The notes under the pieces were generated by a model that saw only the letters and a list, made by a program, of their open reading frames with translations, was not told where the DNA came from and ran no database searches. The translations under genes and the position numbers were made by a program. DNA of 63,961 nt, counting the filler, from a bacterium (lineage in GTDB: Bacteria > JAMORN01): NCBI GenBank assembly GCA_027063545.1. It is 13 parts of 13 records of this genome, joined end to end, with 100 filler letters (N's around TTAATTAATTAA, not from the genome) between each part and the next. Parts side by side here need not be neighbours in the genome. Positions count along the whole stretch, not along the records: positions 61,390 to 63,961 come from JAMORN010000333.1; 12 more parts are not named here. One strand, written 5' to 3'. Below are positions 61,390 through 63,961 of the stretch, in pieces; the stretch's first letter is position 1, and each line of letters opens with the position of its first letter.

Positions 61390-62713
61390 TTATTAAACTC
61401 CAAAGTTTTTTATTTCTATAGTAATAGGCAAAAAGTCCTAAGAAGCCCAAAAGCCCAGGTATAACAAAAGTAATAGGTATTTTTCTATTTAATACTTTTA
61501 TATAAACTTTTCCATATTGGTTTATAAAGAATCCCCCAAATCCCATTCTAGGATATGCACCAAATTGATGAGCCCAAGATCCTTTTCTTTTAAACATTTG
61601 TTTAAACATACTTTCATCACCATACTGCTTTCTCTCTAAAAAGTTTTTAAATGATACCCAAGTTTGAGGGTCATTTTCATCAATAGGAGGATCAGCTAAA
61701 GATCTTATAGGAATAAAAGCTTGAACAGAATATCCTAAAGCAGCGACAAATGTAAGCATAAATAGAAATTGCCAATTTTTATATGACTTTCTGCTTGTTG
61801 AATCATATACAGCTAAAAATAATATACCAGCAAGAATTGTCACAATAATCATAAGAGAATCTTTAAGTTCATTCCAAGGTATAAATCCAAATAAAAATAG
61901 AGAAATTCCAGGAATTGCTATTAAAGTTGCAATAATTTTATAATAGGGGATATCTTTTAAACCTACAAAAGGTAAAAATAGAAGGAGTAATGCAACTCCC
62001 CAGATAAAAGGAGAAGGAGCTATAATTAAAGACCCTATTATAAAGGCTACTATCCAAAATTTCCAATCCTTTCTTGCCTCTTCATTTACGTAAATATAAA
62101 ATAAAAATATTGGAGGTATTGATAGCATTGTGTACATATGGATTCCAACACCAAGAACGGCTAAATATATTAGTGTATAAAGATATCTTACACTATCATA
62201 TTTGTCTCTATTTTCATACCATTTTAGAATTAACCAAGTCTCTAAAAGCATAATTAACATTGAAGAAGAATAAACTTCACTTTCAACAGAATTAAACCAC
62301 CATGTATCACTAAAAGCAATAAATAATGCTCCTGTAAAAGCAGAAAGAATTGTAATTAAATTAGAAAAACCATCATTTTTGGATGATGCAAGTCTTATAA
62401 GTTTTACAGCAATAAAATACGCTACCATTATGGCTATACCAGCAGTCATTGCACTGAGAAGATTTAATCTATAGGCATAGTCTTGAACTAAATTAAAAAT
62501 AGTAATCCAGAATCTTCCTATTATTATAAATAAAGGATTACCAGGAGGGTGAGGAATTCCTAATATACTAGAACATGCAGCATATTCTCCACAATCCCAA
62601 AAAGCAACAGTTGGCTGAGCAGTATATATAAATATCCCACCAGATATTAAAAGAACAATAATTCCAACAATTTTATTAATTAAATCAAATTTTTCTTCAA
62701 ATATTTTAAGCAT
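61390..62713 (-). CDS. DUF2723 / TMEM260-like multi-pass membrane glycosyltransferase (GT-C fold), 3' partial
   Basis: TAQPTVAFWDCGEY...LGIPHPPGNPLF, SDTWWFNSVESEVY, PIRS...PPIDENDP...RKQYG. Confidence 0.9.
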
Positions 62714-63122
62714 TTTTTAAAACCTCCTTTGTTTTTATCGCATCAAGTACTCCATTTACAAAACTACCACTTTTTTCAGTAGAGTATTTTTTGGCAATCT
62801 CTACGGCTTCATCAATGGTTACATTATATGGTATAGAGTCAAAATATAAAAATTCAGCAATTCCCATCCTTAATATATTTTTATCAATAATAGCAATTCT
62901 ATCAAAATCCCAGTTAGCAATATGTCTTTTTATAATAGAGTCTATATATTCCATATTTTCAACTGTTTTATCAAATAACTCTTCAAAAAATTCTAAAAGC
63001 TTATCTCTTAACTTATACTCTTCAATATAGAATTTTTTTATCTCCTGAGGATCATCTCCTGTCATTTCAAGACTATATAATGCCTGAAGAACAAATTCTC
63101 TAGCTTTTCTTCTTACTCCCAT
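62706..63122 (-). CDS. nusB: Transcription antitermination factor NusB
   Basis: RRKAREFVLQALY, NWDFDRIAIIDKNILR, IDEAVEIAKKY, FVNGVLD. Confidence 0.97.
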   Translation of the reverse strand: MGVRRKAREFVLQALYSLEMTGDDPQEIKKFYIEEYKLRDKLLEFFEELFDKTVENMEYIDSIIKRHIANWDFDRIAIIDKNILRMGIAEFLYFDSIPYNVTIDEAVEIAKKYSTEKSGSFVNGVLDAIKTKEVLKNA

Positions 63123-63123
63123 A

Positions 63124-63597
63124 TTACTTACCTTCTGATATTACTTTTAATAAGTTTGCCATTTCAATTCCTGCTAAAGCAGCCTGCCAGCCTTTATTCC
63201 CACTTTTAACACCTGCACGTTCAATTGCTTCTTCTGTTGTTTCAGTTGTTAATACACCATATATAATAGGTACTTCTGTTTCCATTGAAGCATGAGCTAT
63301 ACCCTTGGCATTTTCACTGGCTACAAAATCAAAATGAGGAGTTTCTCCTCTAATTATTGCTGCTAAAGCTATAATAAAGTCATATTTTTTTGTTTTTGCA
63401 AGTTTTTTCGCCACAAGAGGAAGTTCAAAACCACCAGGTACATATACTATTGTTATATCTTCTTCATTTACTCCATGTCGCTTTAAGCAATCTAAAGCCC
63501 CATCCAATAATTTGTATGTAATAAATTCATTAAATCTACTAACAATTATCGCAGGTTTTAAACCTTTACCTGAGAAATCTCCCTCTATTTTTTTCAT
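63124..63597 (-). CDS. ribH: 6,7-dimethyl-8-ribityllumazine synthase
   Basis: [28 protein letters not shown]. Confidence 0.97.
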   Translation of the reverse strand: MKKIEGDFSGKGLKPAIIVSRFNEFITYKLLDGALDCLKRHGVNEEDITIVYVPGGFELPLVAKKLAKTKKYDFIIALAAIIRGETPHFDFVASENAKGIAHASMETEVPIIYGVLTTETTEEAIERAGVKSGNKGWQAALAGIEMANLLKVISEGK

Positions 63598-63638
63598 CTT
63601 TTATTTCTCCAGTTTATAGGTTTATTTAACTTATTTTT

Positions 63639-63961
63639 TTATACATTATTAAGTAAATGTCCAAGTTTTTCTTTCTTTGTTTTTAAGTAGTGAATATTAC
63701 AAGTATTTGGCTCAATTTCTATAGGAATACGTTCAATAATTTCAAGATCATATCCAGATAATCCAGCTATTTTTCTAGGATTATTTGTTAGAAGTTTAAT
63801 CTTTTTAACACCTAAGAATTTTAATATCTGAGCTCCTATTCCATAATCCCTTAAATCTTCAGGAAATCCTAATTTTAGATTGGCTTCCACAGTATCATAG
63901 CCTTCATCTTGCAATTCATAGGCTTTTAGTTTATTTACAAGTCCAATTCCTCTTCCTTCCT
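63639..63961 (-). CDS. ribBA: GTP cyclohydrolase II (RibA/RibBA) C-terminal part, 5' partial
   Basis: [49 protein letters not shown]. Confidence 0.93.
   Translation of the reverse strand, partial: EGRGIGLVNKLKAYELQDEGYDTVEANLKLGFPEDLRDYGIGAQILKFLGVKKIKLLTNNPRKIAGLSGYDLEIIERIPIEIEPNTCNIHYLKTKKEKLGHLLNNV

Noticed and set aside
1-63961. Functional linkage between genes in different segments
   Set aside because: Segments are size-sorted independent contigs; adjacency across linkers is meaningless, and even common origin depends on binning

Overview
This window is not contiguous. It is 13 unrelated ~4.7-5.2 kb contig pieces, ordered by decreasing length and joined by artificial N-TTAATTAATTAA-N linkers, so gene context is valid only within a piece and many edge genes are partial. 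The source is a very AT-rich diderm bacterium using the standard code. It is inferred to be FCB-group (Fibrobacterota-like) because it combines T9SS parts (SprA-like protein, CTD-tagged GH9), flagellar export genes (flhB/flhA/flhF) and an Agl/Glt-like TPR-ExbB-ExbD cluster. Most content is housekeeping (ileS, glmM/glmS, trpS, glyS, aspS, ispE/ispF, lgt, rlmD, cmoB, hisA, malQ, ribBA-ribH-nusB, tRNA-Gln, 5' end of tmRNA). Best leads: (1) strong enrichment of the D-(S/T)-(A/I/L/V/M/T) O-glycosylation sequon in exported proteins, together with a DUF2723/TMEM260-like transferase; (2) a candidate sigma28-driven sRNA with an anti-SD motif and its own terminator; (3) an unknown lipoprotein gene inserted between flhB and flhA; (4) an (ATAGA)n tract that appears to hold a gene in a phase-OFF frame; (5) key-residue variants: CmoB K91I-equivalent, IleRS2 GVHH, ExbD Asp->Asn, FlhB xPTF; (6) a secreted GH9 of the glucosaminidase type; (7) three pseudogene scars. 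All family calls are by motif recognition, not by database search.
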